From the NCBI GenBank assembly GCA_965262725.1, contig OZ253555.1:2656001-2720000 (forward strand): 64,000 bases of DNA, written 5' to 3'. This document shows positions 1 to 10,192 of this stretch, one piece after another (positions within the stretch are counted from its first letter, which is position 1; every line of letters starts with the position of its first letter). The stretch comes from Dehalococcoidia bacterium. Its GTDB lineage: Bacteria; Chloroflexota; Dehalococcoidia; UBA2979. The notes beneath the pieces are model-generated. The model did no database searches and was not told the origin of the DNA. It saw only the letters and a list, made by a program, of their open reading frames with translations. The position numbers were made by a program, and so were the translations under genes.

Positions 1-2
1 TG

Positions 3-515
3 ATCCTGAAGCACGGGGTCTTCCATGCTGACCCGCATCCGGGCAACCTCTTCGTCGTGCCGGGCGAGGAGCGGGGCGAAAAGGCGAAGATCGGGATCGT
101 CGACTTCGGCCTCACCAAGTTCCTCCCCGAGGAGTTCCGCGAACAGCTGATCGTGCTCACCAGCGCGATCGTGAGTGAGCAGCCCGAGGCGATCACGGGA
201 ACGATGGAGGGGATGGGCTTCCGCACGAGGGAGCGCGACCAGCAGACGTACGCCGCTCTCGGCGAGGCCTTCCTCGGCGACGTCCTCCGCTCGGGGAAGG
301 CGTACGCCGATCAGGAGATGGTCGCCGACATCAATGCTCGGCTCGGGAGGGTGCTGCGCGCGAACCCGCTGGTCGAAGTTCCCGGCGACGTGATCCTGAT
401 CGCGCGAGTGATGGGTTTGCTCTCCGGTCTCGGCAAGATGCTCGACTCCGCAACCGACCTGCTCGAGGCGCTGATGCCCTACCTCGACCCCGACATCGAG
501 CCCGCCGCGGGGTAG
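3..515 (+). CDS. AarF/ABC1/UbiB family atypical protein kinase, 5'-truncated by window edge
   Basis: Frame from nt 3 reads ILKHGVFHADPHPGNLF...IVDFG (ABC1 catalytic loop and DFG motif); stop TAG at 513-515. Confidence 0.9.
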   Translation: MLKHGVFHADPHPGNLFVVPGEERGEKAKIGIVDFGLTKFLPEEFREQLIVLTSAIVSEQPEAITGTMEGMGFRTRERDQQTYAALGEAFLGDVLRSGKAYADQEMVADINARLGRVLRANPLVEVPGDVILIARVMGLLSGLGKMLDSATDLLEALMPYLDPDIEPAAG

Positions 516-666
516 CCTCCGGGGTGAGCCGTGGTTCAGGTCTCCCGATTGCGCGGCGCCTCGGAGCGGCGCACGCGCCGTGAGAGAGCCGCTCCCTCCG
601 CCGGTCGCCGGCCAGTCTCCGGCGGGCGCGCCCCGCCCCGACGGCTTCCCCGCACGCCTCCGGCGT

Positions 667-675
667 TGCTAGACT
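667..675 (+). promoter_or_regulatory. Putative extended -10 promoter (TGcTAGACT) for tRNA-Trp/tRNA-Leu
   Basis: TGn-TAnnnT 15 nt upstream of tRNA-Trp in otherwise GC-rich DNA. Confidence 0.5.
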
Positions 676-690
676 TGATGCGAGAGGCGC

Positions 691-766
691 AGGAGTGTAG
701 CTCAGCTGGCAGAGCAGCGGTCTCCAAAACCGCCGGTCGGGGGTTCGAGTCCCTCCACTCCTGCCA
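691..766 (+). tRNA. trnW: tRNA-Trp (CCA)
   Basis: Acceptor AGGAGTG/CACTCCT, D-arm TAGCTCAG, anticodon arm GCGGT-CTCCAAA-ACCGC, GTTCGAG T-loop, encoded CCA. Confidence 0.97.
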
Positions 767-786
767 GCTGGTTTAACTCGTGCCTT

Positions 787-873
787 GCCCAGGTGGTGGA
801 ATTGGCAGACACGCCGTCTTGAGGGGGCGGTGTCCGAAAGGGCGTATGCGTTCGAGTCGCATCCTGGGCACCA
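787..873 (+). tRNA. trnL: tRNA-Leu (GAG)
   Basis: Acceptor GCCCAGG/CCTGGGC, anticodon arm CCGTC-TTGAGGG-GGCGG, long variable arm with GAAA loop, TTCGAGT T-loop, encoded CCA. Confidence 0.96.
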
Positions 874-984
874 CCGCACCCAACGCACAGCCCCGGTGAC
901 GCGGCGCCGCCTGCTCGCGGCGACACGTCCCGGGGCTTGCTCATTCGCGGCCGGAGGCGGCCCGATTGCGCCGCCCCCGTCGTG

Positions 985-1755
985 CTAGCCGCCGCGGCGC
1001 CTCCTGACGACCCAGACGCCACCGGCCGCAGCCGCCAGGACCACCACGGCAGCCACCACGACGAGTGCCGGAGAGAGGCCTTCCCCGCCACCCAGCTCGG
1101 TGCGCGCCATCAGTGGTCGGGCGCCGGGATCCAGGATGTCGAGATCCCAGATGAGCTCGTCGCCCTCGACCCGGTCGGCATTGTGTTCGACAACGGTGCC
1201 CGGGAGCGCGATACGAATCGTGAAGGCCGCCTCGCCCAGCAGCGGGGCGAGGAGCGCCGGGTCGAGCGCCGCTCCGCCCTCGGCGCCGACGGCCGCTGCC
1301 GCCATGTCGCGGGGGAATTGCGCCTCGAAGATCCAGCCGTCGCCGTCGCTCTCGAGCACGAGGCTCTCGAATAGCCCGTCGGCTCCGACGAGCGAACCGG
1401 CGTCGCCAGCGTTCCCCATGAGCGCGCCGAGGGTAGCCGAGACATCGTCCGTGGAGGCGAACGGGACCGTCGCCCGCGCCCCGACGAACGTGCCGTCCTG
1501 GTAGGGCTCCGCCGACGCCCCCGGCGGGAGCCTCGACGCGTCGGGGGCCGTGAACATCGAAGCGAGGTCGGGGGCGCCCGCGCCACCGCCCAGAGCCCCC
1601 AGTGCTGCCATCGCCGAACCATCGATCGCCGAGAGGATGGAGACCGTCCCCGATCCGTCCTCGGCGACTCTCATGGCGATATCGATCCGGAGGCACCCGG
1701 TCAGGAGAATCGCCGCCAGAGGCGCCAGTAGCAGGAGGGGTAGCCGTCTCACCAT
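985..1755 (-). CDS. LppM/DUF3153-like lipoprotein with C-terminal membrane anchor
   Basis: Start moved to ATG 1755 (MVRRLPLLLL...LTGC lipobox); RIDIAMRVAEDGSGTV start of domain, LPGTVVEHNAD...LIW, C-terminal hydrophobic helix plus RRRRGG. Confidence 0.75.
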   Translation of the reverse strand: MVRRLPLLLLAPLAAILLTGCLRIDIAMRVAEDGSGTVSILSAIDGSAMAALGALGGGAGAPDLASMFTAPDASRLPPGASAEPYQDGTFVGARATVPFASTDDVSATLGALMGNAGDAGSLVGADGLFESLVLESDGDGWIFEAQFPRDMAAAAVGAEGGAALDPALLAPLLGEAAFTIRIALPGTVVEHNADRVEGDELIWDLDILDPGARPLMARTELGGGEGLSPALVVVAAVVVLAAAAGGVWVVRRRRGG

Positions 1756-1864
1756 GACGTCTCCGTGCGCGGACGTGTGCCGACCGGTCCCGCCGCCCGC
1801 TCCGCAGGATCCCGTTCCCGTGTACATCGCTCCGTGCGGCTGAGCCCCAGGAGACGAGAAACGC

Positions 1865-1873
1865 ACTCTACCA
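1865..1873 (-). promoter_or_regulatory. Putative extended -10 promoter (TGgTAGAGT) for the lipoprotein gene
   Basis: Reverse strand TGGTAGAGT about 110 nt upstream of ATG 1755. Confidence 0.4.
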
Positions 1874-1983
1874 TCGGAGTGTCGCTCAGCGTCCGCGTTG
1901 ACGTGCACACGCTCCGGGGATCCAATACGCTGGCAGCCAGCCGTCGGGCGGTCCGAGCACGGAGCAGCGCAGAGCAGCGCAGA

Positions 1984-2058
<75 letters not shown>

Positions 2059-2422
2059 ATCTCACGCCGTCGTCCCTGTCATCGTCGTTCGCACCATCCA
2101 TCGTCCCGCGGGCGATCGCACCATCGTGTCACGGGCCCGAGCGAGAGCGGTGCCCAGCGGGTCTGAAGGAGGTCTGAGGGCGGCGAGGCACCGCGGCATC
2201 CGGCGGCCTCGATCCCCGGCGCCAACTGCGTTGGTGCCCGAGCGGCTCGGGGCTACCATCGCCGACACGGGCAATCCACTGTGCCGCGTCCGACCACTCG
2301 CCTTGGCGCCGCGAACGGGGGGCGTGGTGTAGTAGCCGCGGCCGCGGTATGCGGGTAATCTTGCCGGGCTTGATAGTGTCGATCCCTGCAGCGTGCGGGG
2401 GCGATGAGGTGGGAGAGCGAAT

Positions 2423-3520
2423 ATGAGGATACGTCTTGGTGTGGCCGCTGCCGTGCTGGTGGCGGTGGTGTCGCTCGTCGCCGTCTCGTGCGGCGGGGAC
2501 GACGACGGCGGTGAAGGGGCGAGCGAGCGCGGGAACACGGTGCAGACCATCGAGGACCGCGACGAGCTGAACTGCGGCGTGAAGCAGACGCAGCCGGGCT
2601 TCGGCTTCAAGAAGCCGGACGGCAGCGTGGTCGGGTTCGACGTCGAGTTCTGCAAGGCGCTGGCGGCGGCGGTTCTGGGCGACGCGAGCAAGGTCAACTT
2701 CGTGGACGCCTCGAACGCGGCGACGCGCTTCGAGCTTCTGGCGTCGGAGGAGATCGACGTGCTCATCCGCACCACGACGGTGACGGCAGAGCGCGATGCG
2801 TCTCGCGCGGTGGACTTCGCGCAGACGACGTTCTTCACGGGCCAGGGCTTCGCGGTGCAGGGGGACTCCGACATCCAGTCCACGTTGGACATGGGCGGGG
2901 CGACGATCTGCGTGCAGTCGGGGACGACGACGGAGCAGAACCTGTCTGACCACTTCGCGGAGCTGGGTCTTGATTACACGCCTCTCGGCGGTGAGGACGC
3001 GGAGACGCAGGACGCATTCGTGGCGGGTCGCTGCGATGTGTGGACGGCGGACCAGAGCAACCTGGCATCGCGGATCTCGGCGTTCGACGACCCGTCGGCG
3101 TACCGGGTGCTGGGCCAGATCATTTCGAAGGAGCCACTCGCGCCGGGCGTGCGCGACTACGACAGCGAGTGGAAGGACGTGGTGAACTGGGTCGTGTACG
3201 GCCTGATCTTCGCCGAGGAGCTCGGTGTGACGTCGGGCAACGTGGCGCAGCAGGCGGCGAACCCGCCGAGCACGGCAGTGGCGCGTCTGCTGGGCGTCTC
3301 GTTTGGCGGCGGTGAGGTTGCGGACCTGGGCTTCGCGGTGGACCCGCAGTTCCTGCAGCGGGCGCTCGCGGCGGTGGGGAACTACGGCGAGATCTACGAC
3401 CGCACGATCGTGCCGGTGGGGATCGATCGCGCGTGCACGCTGAACGCCCTCTACACCGAGGACAAGAGTGGGTGCCCGCCCGGTAGCGGGGGCATCCTCT
3501 ACGCGATGCCGTACCGCTAG
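2423..3520 (+). CDS. aapJ: General L-amino acid ABC transporter substrate-binding lipoprotein (AapJ/BztA type)
   Basis: Lipobox AVSC; LNCGV...PGFG, GFDVEFCKALAAAVLGD, GATICVQSGTTTEQNL, ISKEPLAP, VGNYGEIY, GILYAMPYR. Confidence 0.93.
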   Translation: MRIRLGVAAAVLVAVVSLVAVSCGGDDDGGEGASERGNTVQTIEDRDELNCGVKQTQPGFGFKKPDGSVVGFDVEFCKALAAAVLGDASKVNFVDASNAATRFELLASEEIDVLIRTTTVTAERDASRAVDFAQTTFFTGQGFAVQGDSDIQSTLDMGGATICVQSGTTTEQNLSDHFAELGLDYTPLGGEDAETQDAFVAGRCDVWTADQSNLASRISAFDDPSAYRVLGQIISKEPLAPGVRDYDSEWKDVVNWVVYGLIFAEELGVTSGNVAQQAANPPSTAVARLLGVSFGGGEVADLGFAVDPQFLQRALAAVGNYGEIYDRTIVPVGIDRACTLNALYTEDKSGCPPGSGGILYAMPYR

Positions 3521-3557
3521 CCTCTAGCGGAGTACGGTGCGCACGCACCGACCGATA

Positions 3558-3591
3558 CGAGGGGGGAGCGCCCGCGGGCGCTCCCCCCTCG
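3558..3591. repeat. Perfect 34-bp palindrome downstream of aapJ
   Basis: CGAGGGGGGAGCGCCCG|CGGGCGCTCCCCCCTCG; the halves are exact reverse complements; no U-tract. Confidence 0.9.
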
Positions 3592-3661
3592 ACCTATCCG
3601 GCCTCTTTCCCGCTATTATGCCGTCGACCGGTAGGCGAGTCGCGGAGGGGGTGACCGCGAG

Positions 3662-4873
3662 ATGGCTCAGCAGGCGGTGAGCGCCCCCGGGCAATCCCCG
3701 GCTGCGGCGCGCGTCCCCCTCCTCTATCAGCGCCGCGCCCGCAGGTGGTTCGTCCAGCTCGTCTACGTGGCGATCACGGCGCTCGCCGCCATCTACGTCG
3801 TCTCGACCCTCGGGCAACGCGAGTACGGGTTCGGCTTCCTGCCGCAGCCCGCCGCGTTCGACATCGGCAACCAGTGGTTGGTCGATTTCGACGGGACGAC
3901 CAGTTCCCGCCTCACGATCTACCTCGTCGGTGTGTGGTCGACGATACGAGTCGTCGTGGTCGCGATCGGTCTTGCGACGGTGGTGGGTGTCCTGATCGGC
4001 GTGGCGCGACTCTCGCAGAACTGGCTGGTGGCGAAGTCGGCGATGCTGTTCGTCGAGACCTTCCGCAACACGCCCCTCTACGTGCAGGCCGTGATCTGGT
4101 ACGCGATCTTGCTCTTCGGGCTGCCCGGAATCGCGCAGGTCATCAACGTCGGCGACTCGCTCCTTCTCTCGAACCGGGGCGTGGCGATCCCGTGGCCCGA
4201 CCAGCGTGGCGGTCTCTGGGGCGAGGCGGTGTGGGTCCCGGCAGCGTGGCTCGCCGTGCTCGCCGTCGGAGCCGCGATCGCACTTCGGATACGTGCCGTC
4301 CGGCAGCATCAGGAGCGCGACACCGGCGCGTTCCGCTATCCGAACCGCACCGCACTGACCACGTTCGCGGCGATCGCCGTTGCGAGCTACCTGCTACTGG
4401 GGATGCCGTTCGGGATCGACCGGCCGATCGTGGAGGGGACGACGTACGCCGGGGGCATGACGGTCCGCCCCGAGTTCGCCGCCCTGGCGCTCGCGCTCAC
4501 CGTCTACACCGGCGCCTTCATCGCGGAGATCGTGCGGGCGAGCATTCAGGCCCTGCCCGTCGGGCAGGCGGAGGCGGCGAAAGCGATCGGGCTGAGCGGG
4601 TACCAGCGGCTCACCCTCGTCATTCTCCCGCAAGCGCTGCGGCAGATGATTCCGTCGGTCACGAATCAGTACCTCAACGCAAACAAGAACTCGAGCATCG
4701 CGCTGGGCGTCTCCTACTTCGACCTGTTCTTCGTCGCGAGCATCATCTCGAACAAGATCGGACACGCCGTTGAGGTGTTCTTCATGATTATCGTGACGTA
4801 CATGATCCTGTCGCTGATCATCTCGGGCGTGATGAGCATCCTTAACTCACGCGTCACTCTGCACCAGGTTTAG
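3662..4873 (+). CDS. aapQ: Amino acid ABC transporter permease (AapQ/BztB type)
   Basis: GVARLSQNW, FRNTPL, AFIAEIVRA, EAA loop GQAEAAKAIG, VILPQALR, NQYLN..KNSS. Confidence 0.92.
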   Translation: MAQQAVSAPGQSPAAARVPLLYQRRARRWFVQLVYVAITALAAIYVVSTLGQREYGFGFLPQPAAFDIGNQWLVDFDGTTSSRLTIYLVGVWSTIRVVVVAIGLATVVGVLIGVARLSQNWLVAKSAMLFVETFRNTPLYVQAVIWYAILLFGLPGIAQVINVGDSLLLSNRGVAIPWPDQRGGLWGEAVWVPAAWLAVLAVGAAIALRIRAVRQHQERDTGAFRYPNRTALTTFAAIAVASYLLLGMPFGIDRPIVEGTTYAGGMTVRPEFAALALALTVYTGAFIAEIVRASIQALPVGQAEAAKAIGLSGYQRLTLVILPQALRQMIPSVTNQYLNANKNSSIALGVSYFDLFFVASIISNKIGHAVEVFFMIIVTYMILSLIISGVMSILNSRVTLHQV

Positions 4874-4882
4874 GCGGACGCG

Positions 4883-6151
4883 ATGACCAACGAGCTGCCG
4901 CCTCTGGACCCCGCGGGAGGGGCGTTCGCGGCGCCGCGGCCGCGGCGCGTGGTGCTGCCGCCCCAGCGACAGCGCGCGGCCCGACCACCATCGGTGCGCG
5001 CCCGCGAGTGGATGCGCGAGAACCTCGTCCCGTCGCGGCGCGGAGCGCTGCTGACCGTCGTGACCTTCGGGAGCCTCCTCACACTGCTCGGGATAGTGGC
5101 CTGGTTCACGTTCTCATACGCGAACTGGCGCGTCGTGACCGACAACCGCTGGCTGCTCTTCGCTGGCGGCTTCCCGCACGACCAGGAGTGGCGGCTGTGG
5201 CTCGGCCTCGGATTCGTCTTCACGCTGATCGGCGCGGCCTACGGGATGTGGTCGAGCATCGGGCGACGCGACATCCTCTTCATGGTGCTCGCACTGATCT
5301 TCGGTGTGTTCATGCTCGCGCACGGGGACGCTGCACTCTGGTCGGCGCTCTGGTTCGTGATATCCGCGGCCCTGCTCGTGGCCGCGTACGCCGTCTGTCG
5401 CCGGGTCTCGAGGGAGCCCGGGCCCGGGCGGACGCTCGCGGTGAGGGCACTGAGCGCGGTTCTCGTGCTGTCGGTGCCGATCGTCTTCCTGCTGCTCATG
5501 GCCGGCGGCGGAGCCGACTCGAGCCAACTCTCGGGCTACCTCCTCAACCTGCTGCTGGCCCCCGCCGGAATCGTCGGTGGCCTGTTCGTGGGCATCCCGC
5601 TCGCCGTGGGCCGCGCATCGAAGATGAGGGCGATCTCGTGGACCTGCACGTTCTACATCGAGGCAGTGCGCGGCGCGCCGCTGATCGGCTGGCTCTTCGT
5701 CGCACTCTTCATCCTGGGCGACATCATCGGTGGCGACCTGATCGTCCGCACGATGGTCGTGCTCGCGGTGTTCACCGCCGCCTACATGGCGGAATACATC
5801 CGTGGCGGCCTGCAGGCGCTCCCCCGCGGCCAGTACGAGGCCGGTCATGCCATCGGGTTGCCCTACTGGAGAACTCTGCAGCTCATCATCCTGCCGCAGG
5901 CCCTGCGAATCTCGATCCCGCCCATCGTCGGGCAGGCGATCGCGCTGTGGAAGGACACCGCCCTCATCTCCATCATCCTGCCGCTGCGTGAGCTCATCGG
6001 CAGTTCACGTTCGGCCATTGCGCAGGGCGAGTTCATCACCAACCGGATCGAGGTCTACGTCTTCGCCGCGGTTATGTTCTGGATCGTCGCGTTCGTCATG
6101 TCGCGTGTCTCGCAGCGGCTCGAGCGCTCGCTCGGCGTCGGAGAGCGGTAG
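4883..6151 (+). CDS. aapM: Amino acid ABC transporter permease (AapM/BztC type)
   Basis: [45 protein letters not shown]. Confidence 0.92.
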   Translation: MTNELPPLDPAGGAFAAPRPRRVVLPPQRQRAARPPSVRAREWMRENLVPSRRGALLTVVTFGSLLTLLGIVAWFTFSYANWRVVTDNRWLLFAGGFPHDQEWRLWLGLGFVFTLIGAAYGMWSSIGRRDILFMVLALIFGVFMLAHGDAALWSALWFVISAALLVAAYAVCRRVSREPGPGRTLAVRALSAVLVLSVPIVFLLLMAGGGADSSQLSGYLLNLLLAPAGIVGGLFVGIPLAVGRASKMRAISWTCTFYIEAVRGAPLIGWLFVALFILGDIIGGDLIVRTMVVLAVFTAAYMAEYIRGGLQALPRGQYEAGHAIGLPYWRTLQLIILPQALRISIPPIVGQAIALWKDTALISIILPLRELIGSSRSAIAQGEFITNRIEVYVFAAVMFWIVAFVMSRVSQRLERSLGVGER

Positions 6152-6171
6152 TAGCCACGAAGGAGCAGCTG

Positions 6172-6954
6172 ATGACCACGGAGCAAGCGGCGAGCGCGGC
6201 CCCCGCGGTGGCGACGAGCACGTCCGATGACATGATCGTCGTCGAGAACGTCAACAAGTGGTTTGGCGACTTCCAGGCGCTCTATGACGTCTCGCTCACC
6301 ATCAGGGAGCATGAGATCGTCGTCGTCCTGGGTCCGTCCGGTTCGGGCAAGTCGACCTTCATCCGTTGCCTCAACCGCCTCGAGGAGCATGACTCCGGGC
6401 GCATCCTCGTCGACGGCATCGAGCTCAACGACGACGTGCGGAACCTGAACGCCATCCGCTCCGAGGTCGGCATGGTCTTCCAGCAGTTCAACCTGTTCCC
6501 GCACCTCACGGTGAGGCACAACATCACGCTCGGGCCGCAGAAGGTCCGGCGCATGTCGCGGCGGGAAGCCGACGAGCTCGCGATGCAACTCCTCGAGCGC
6601 GTCGGGATCCCCGAGCAGGCCGACAAGTACCCGGCGCAGCTCTCCGGCGGGCAGCAGCAGCGCGTGGCGATCGCGCGCGCGCTAGCGATGCAACCGAAGA
6701 TCATGCTGTTCGACGAGCCGACGTCGGCCCTCGACCCCGAGATGATCAAGGAAGTCCTGGACGTGATGCGAGAACTCGCGGAGTCCGGGATGACGATGAT
6801 CGTGGTGACCCACGAGATGGGCTTCGCCCGGGAGGTCGCGGACCGCCTCGTCTTCTTCGACGAGGGGGCGGTGGTCGAACAGGGGACGCCGACGCACTTC
6901 TTCGAGAATCCCCAGGAAGAACGTACGAAGCTGTTCCTCTCCCAGATTCTCTGA
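6172..6954 (+). CDS. aapP: Amino acid ABC transporter ATP-binding protein (AapP/GlnQ type)
   Basis: [46 protein letters not shown]. Confidence 0.96.
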   Translation: MTTEQAASAAPAVATSTSDDMIVVENVNKWFGDFQALYDVSLTIREHEIVVVLGPSGSGKSTFIRCLNRLEEHDSGRILVDGIELNDDVRNLNAIRSEVGMVFQQFNLFPHLTVRHNITLGPQKVRRMSRREADELAMQLLERVGIPEQADKYPAQLSGGQQQRVAIARALAMQPKIMLFDEPTSALDPEMIKEVLDVMRELAESGMTMIVVTHEMGFAREVADRLVFFDEGAVVEQGTPTHFFENPQEERTKLFLSQIL

Positions 6955-7061
6955 GCCGGCGCCGCTGGCCGCCCGCACTCGCGTCGCGGCAGGCCCCGTG
7001 GCGCGGCCGCCCGGGCGCTCGCGCGAGCCGGCATTCCGCCACCTGCCGGGCGCCGTCCGGG

Positions 7062-7070
7062 TGGTAAGAT
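7062..7070 (+). promoter_or_regulatory. Putative extended -10 promoter (TGgTAAGAT) for tRNA-Cys
   Basis: TGn-TAAGAT in the aapP-tRNA spacer, 90 nt upstream of the tRNA. Confidence 0.45.
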
Positions 7071-7159
7071 CGGCACGCTCTCGCCGGCGCGCGTCGACCG
7101 CTGCGCGCCACGCGTGTATCTGGCGACGGGTGTCGTCAGCGAGCGCGACCACGACCCGG

Positions 7160-7233
7160 GGCCACGTAGCCAAGTGGCAAGGCAGGGGTCTGCAAAACCC
7201 TTATCGCGGGTTCGATTCCCGCCGTGGCCTCCA
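7160..7233 (+). tRNA. trnC: tRNA-Cys (GCA)
   Basis: Acceptor GGCCACG/CGTGGCC, U discriminator, anticodon loop CTGCAAA, GTTCGATT, encoded CCA. Confidence 0.97.
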
Positions 7234-7469
7234 AGTCGAACCCGGAATGGGCCCCCGACACGATCAGTAGCCTGCGCACTTGGCACCCGATAGCACCACG
7301 AATCGGACCAGAACGGGTGGGCTCGTGCGCGTCCGCGGCACCGTCTCGCGGTGGAGTTCGCCTCGTATTCGGCCGGCGGCACGCACTAGATCGTGCTGAA
7401 GAGCGCCGGTGTCTGTATCAGCCGGACACACGTCAGGGCCTCCGGCAGCGGCTTCGGTCGACGCCGCGA

Positions 7470-7796
7470 CTACCCCGCCGGCGAGGCCGCGGTCGACTTC
7501 CAGTTCCACGCGTCGGCCTCCTCCCGGTGGAGGAGGCCGACCGGGATGGCGGGGAGCGTCGTGATGTGGGCGCCGGCCCGGACACCGAGCTCGAGCGAGA
7601 AGCTCGCGGCGGACTCATTATCGGGCGCCTCGAGGATGCTGACGAAGTCGAACGCTCCCAGTACGGCGTAGAGACCCAGGCACTGCACCCCGGAGACCTC
7701 AGTTGCGTTCTCGGCGCGCAGGAGGCTGTCGGGATCCTCGAGCATCTTCTCCCGGCCGTCGGTGTTGAGCGTCAGCAGCAGAATGTAGGTGGACAT
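7470..7796 (-). CDS. GYD domain-containing protein
   Basis: MSTYILLLTLNTDG..., YAVLGAFDFVSILEAPDNESAA, ITTLPA; GGAGG RBS before ATG 7796. Confidence 0.85.
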   Translation of the reverse strand: MSTYILLLTLNTDGREKMLEDPDSLLRAENATEVSGVQCLGLYAVLGAFDFVSILEAPDNESAASFSLELGVRAGAHITTLPAIPVGLLHREEADAWNWKSTAASPAG

Positions 7797-7915
7797 GGTC
7801 GCCTCCCGGAGCATGAGTCACGATCTCGGCCACGGCATGATGGCACGTCCGTCGGGGCGGCGGGGTCGGGCGACATCCCCGCCGGGCGCACGGGAGCACC
7901 CCGCCGGAGCAGGCG

Positions 7916-8764
7916 CTACCGGGAGAGGGGCGAGGGCGGCGGCGGCGTCCCGGTCGCCTCCTTTTGGAGCGCTATCAGGGACGACCACAGCTCGGCGTAG
8001 CGGATCCCCTCCTCCGTCTCTTGCTGGGCCGCCGCACCGACGACCGCCTTCGAAGCGGCGATGGCGAACGGCGACATAGCGGCGATCTCGCGCCCCATCT
8101 CCCTCGCGCGCTCAAGCAGCTCCCCGGAGGGGTGCACCGCGTTGGCGAGCCCGATGCGCACGGCCTCCTCCGCGCCGACGGGACGACCCGTCCAGAGCAT
8201 CTCCTTGGCGCGTGCCGCACCGACCAGCTTAGGCAGCCGGGTGGTGACGCCGGCTCCCCCGATCGCCGCCAGGTTCTTCGTGTGCCAGTCGGAGATCTGC
8301 GCCGCCTCACCAACCAGCCTCAGGTCGCAGGCGAGGATCAACTCGAGCCCGCCGGTCGTGCAGATCCCGTCGACGACGGCGATCGAGGGCGTCGACATCC
8401 GCTCCAGGTATCCGAAGACGCTGTTGAAGCGGGACTGATACTCCGGGCCGATGCCCTGTGCCATCTCGCGCGCCGCCACGAGCGTGTGCGCCAGCGGCTC
8501 GCCCGGCGGCGACGCGGACGGCCCGCCCGACGCCTTGATATCGGCCCCCGCCGAGAAGTTGGGTCGGCCGGAGCCCCGCGGAGCGCCGGTGATGAGCACC
8601 ACGCGCGTCTGCAGGTCCGCCTCGGCCTCGCGGAGGGCAGCCTCAAGCTCCTCCAGGAGCACAGGGGACATCGCGTTGAGCACCTCGGGCCGGTTCAGCG
8701 TCAGCGTGAGTATCGGTGGCTCGCGCTCCACGAGGATCGTCGACGGGGTGGTGTCCGCGGACAT
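7916..8764 (-). CDS. Enoyl-CoA hydratase/isomerase (crotonase) family protein
   Basis: LTLNRPEVLNAMS, FSAGADI, GGLELILACDLR, AEEAVRIGL. Confidence 0.92.
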   Translation of the reverse strand: MSADTTPSTILVEREPPILTLTLNRPEVLNAMSPVLLEELEAALREAEADLQTRVVLITGAPRGSGRPNFSAGADIKASGGPSASPPGEPLAHTLVAAREMAQGIGPEYQSRFNSVFGYLERMSTPSIAVVDGICTTGGLELILACDLRLVGEAAQISDWHTKNLAAIGGAGVTTRLPKLVGAARAKEMLWTGRPVGAEEAVRIGLANAVHPSGELLERAREMGREIAAMSPFAIAASKAVVGAAAQQETEEGIRYAELWSSLIALQKEATGTPPPPSPLSR

Positions 8765-8962
8765 CGTGCGCTCCCTTCGCGTCGCCGCGGGCTCCCGCCC
8801 ACCGCGTCCGGTGCGAGCTTAACCCGTCCGCAGCGGAGCGCGTCACATCCACCGCGCATTGCTAGACGGGAGCGCGGCCCCTCCGTAGACTCCGCCGCGG
8901 CGCACACCCGGCGGCGCCACGGAACACGGCGACAGCGGGGCGGCCGCGCGGGAACGAGCGAG

Positions 8963-10192
8963 ATGACGACGGCACCCGCAGACGGAGCACCCGAGGCCGG
9001 CCCGCTCTCCGGCGTGCGCGTCCTCGATCTCGCGCAGGGGATCGCCGGACCGTACGCCGCGAAGTGGCTCGGTGGCCTCGGCGCCGACGTCATCAAGGTC
9101 GAGCCGCCCTCAGGCGATCCCGCGCGGCACGCCGGGCCCTTCCCGGGCGACGAGAGCGACCCCGAGGCGAGCGGCCTCTACGTCTACCTCAACACGAGCA
9201 AGCGCGGCGTCACGCTCGACCTCGAGGCCAACGGGGGACGCGAGCTGCTGCGAGACTTGGCGGCCACGGCCGACATCGTCATCGAGTCCTTCGTGCCCGG
9301 CTACCTCACCGAGCGCGGCCTCGGCTACGAGGCGCTCCGCGAGCAGAACCCGGGGCTGGTGCTGGTCTCGATCACCCCCTTCGGGCAGGACGGCCCCTAC
9401 GCCGGTATGCCGGCTGACGAGATCACCCTCTACGCGCTCTCCGGCCACATGTGGCTGACCGGCGATCCCAACCAACCGCCTCTGAAGAACGGCGGATCGC
9501 AGCCCTCCTACCAGGCGGGGCTGAACGCGCTCGCGGCGGCGATCATTGCCTACTTCGGCGCGTTGATGCACGGCGAGGGGACACACATCGACCTCTCCGC
9601 GCAGGAGACGCTCGCCGGCATGCTGGAGCTCTACGGTCCGTTCGCGTCGCAGGCGGGGATCCGGCCCAGGCGGCGAGGCAACACGGTCAGCGCCATCTAC
9701 GGGACGTATCAGTGCGCGGACGGCTACGCCGGCGTCTACTGCCTCCCCCGCAACTACGCGAACATGGCGGACGCCGTCGGGATCCCCGAGCTGCTGCAAC
9801 CGCCGTTCATCGATGCCGACGAGCGACTGCGCTCCAACGACGTGCTGGAGGCGCTCCTCTCCGGGTGGTTCTTCGAGCACTCCGGCAAGGAGATCTTCGA
9901 GCTGGGGAAGTCGCACCGCTTCCCGGCGGGCTACGTCGCGACGGTTGAGGATCTTCTTGAGTCGGAGCAGCTGCGCGAGCGCCGCTTCTTCGCCGAGGAC
10001 GAGCACCCGCGCGCCGGCCATGTCCGCTTCCCTGGACACCTCTGGCTCTCCTCGGAGCACGGCTGGCGCACCCAGCGCGCGCCCACGCTCGGCCAGCACA
10101 CCGACGAGGTTCTCGGCGAGCTCGGGATCTCCAACGAGCGCCGCGAGCAGCTGCGCACCGCCGGGGCCCTGGGCGGGGGGAGCGAGTCATGA
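8963..10192 (+). CDS. Family III CoA-transferase (CaiB/BaiF), subunit lacking the usual catalytic Asp
   Basis: Real start ATG 8963 inside ORF 7964; PLSGVRVLDL, GADVIKVEPP, LNTSKRGVTLDL, APTLGQHT. Confidence 0.92.
   Translation: MTTAPADGAPEAGPLSGVRVLDLAQGIAGPYAAKWLGGLGADVIKVEPPSGDPARHAGPFPGDESDPEASGLYVYLNTSKRGVTLDLEANGGRELLRDLAATADIVIESFVPGYLTERGLGYEALREQNPGLVLVSITPFGQDGPYAGMPADEITLYALSGHMWLTGDPNQPPLKNGGSQPSYQAGLNALAAAIIAYFGALMHGEGTHIDLSAQETLAGMLELYGPFASQAGIRPRRRGNTVSAIYGTYQCADGYAGVYCLPRNYANMADAVGIPELLQPPFIDADERLRSNDVLEALLSGWFFEHSGKEIFELGKSHRFPAGYVATVEDLLESEQLRERRFFAEDEHPRAGHVRFPGHLWLSSEHGWRTQRAPTLGQHTDEVLGELGISNERREQLRTAGALGGGSES

Noticed and set aside
7234-7469. Possible integrated element or att site after tRNA-Cys
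   Set aside because: No integrase, and no duplicate of any of the four tRNA 3' ends was noticed in the window.
7964-8962. Apparent 333-aa N-terminal extension making a 742-aa CoA-transferase fusion
   Set aside because: It is the antisense shadow of the crotonase gene; the real start is ATG 8963.
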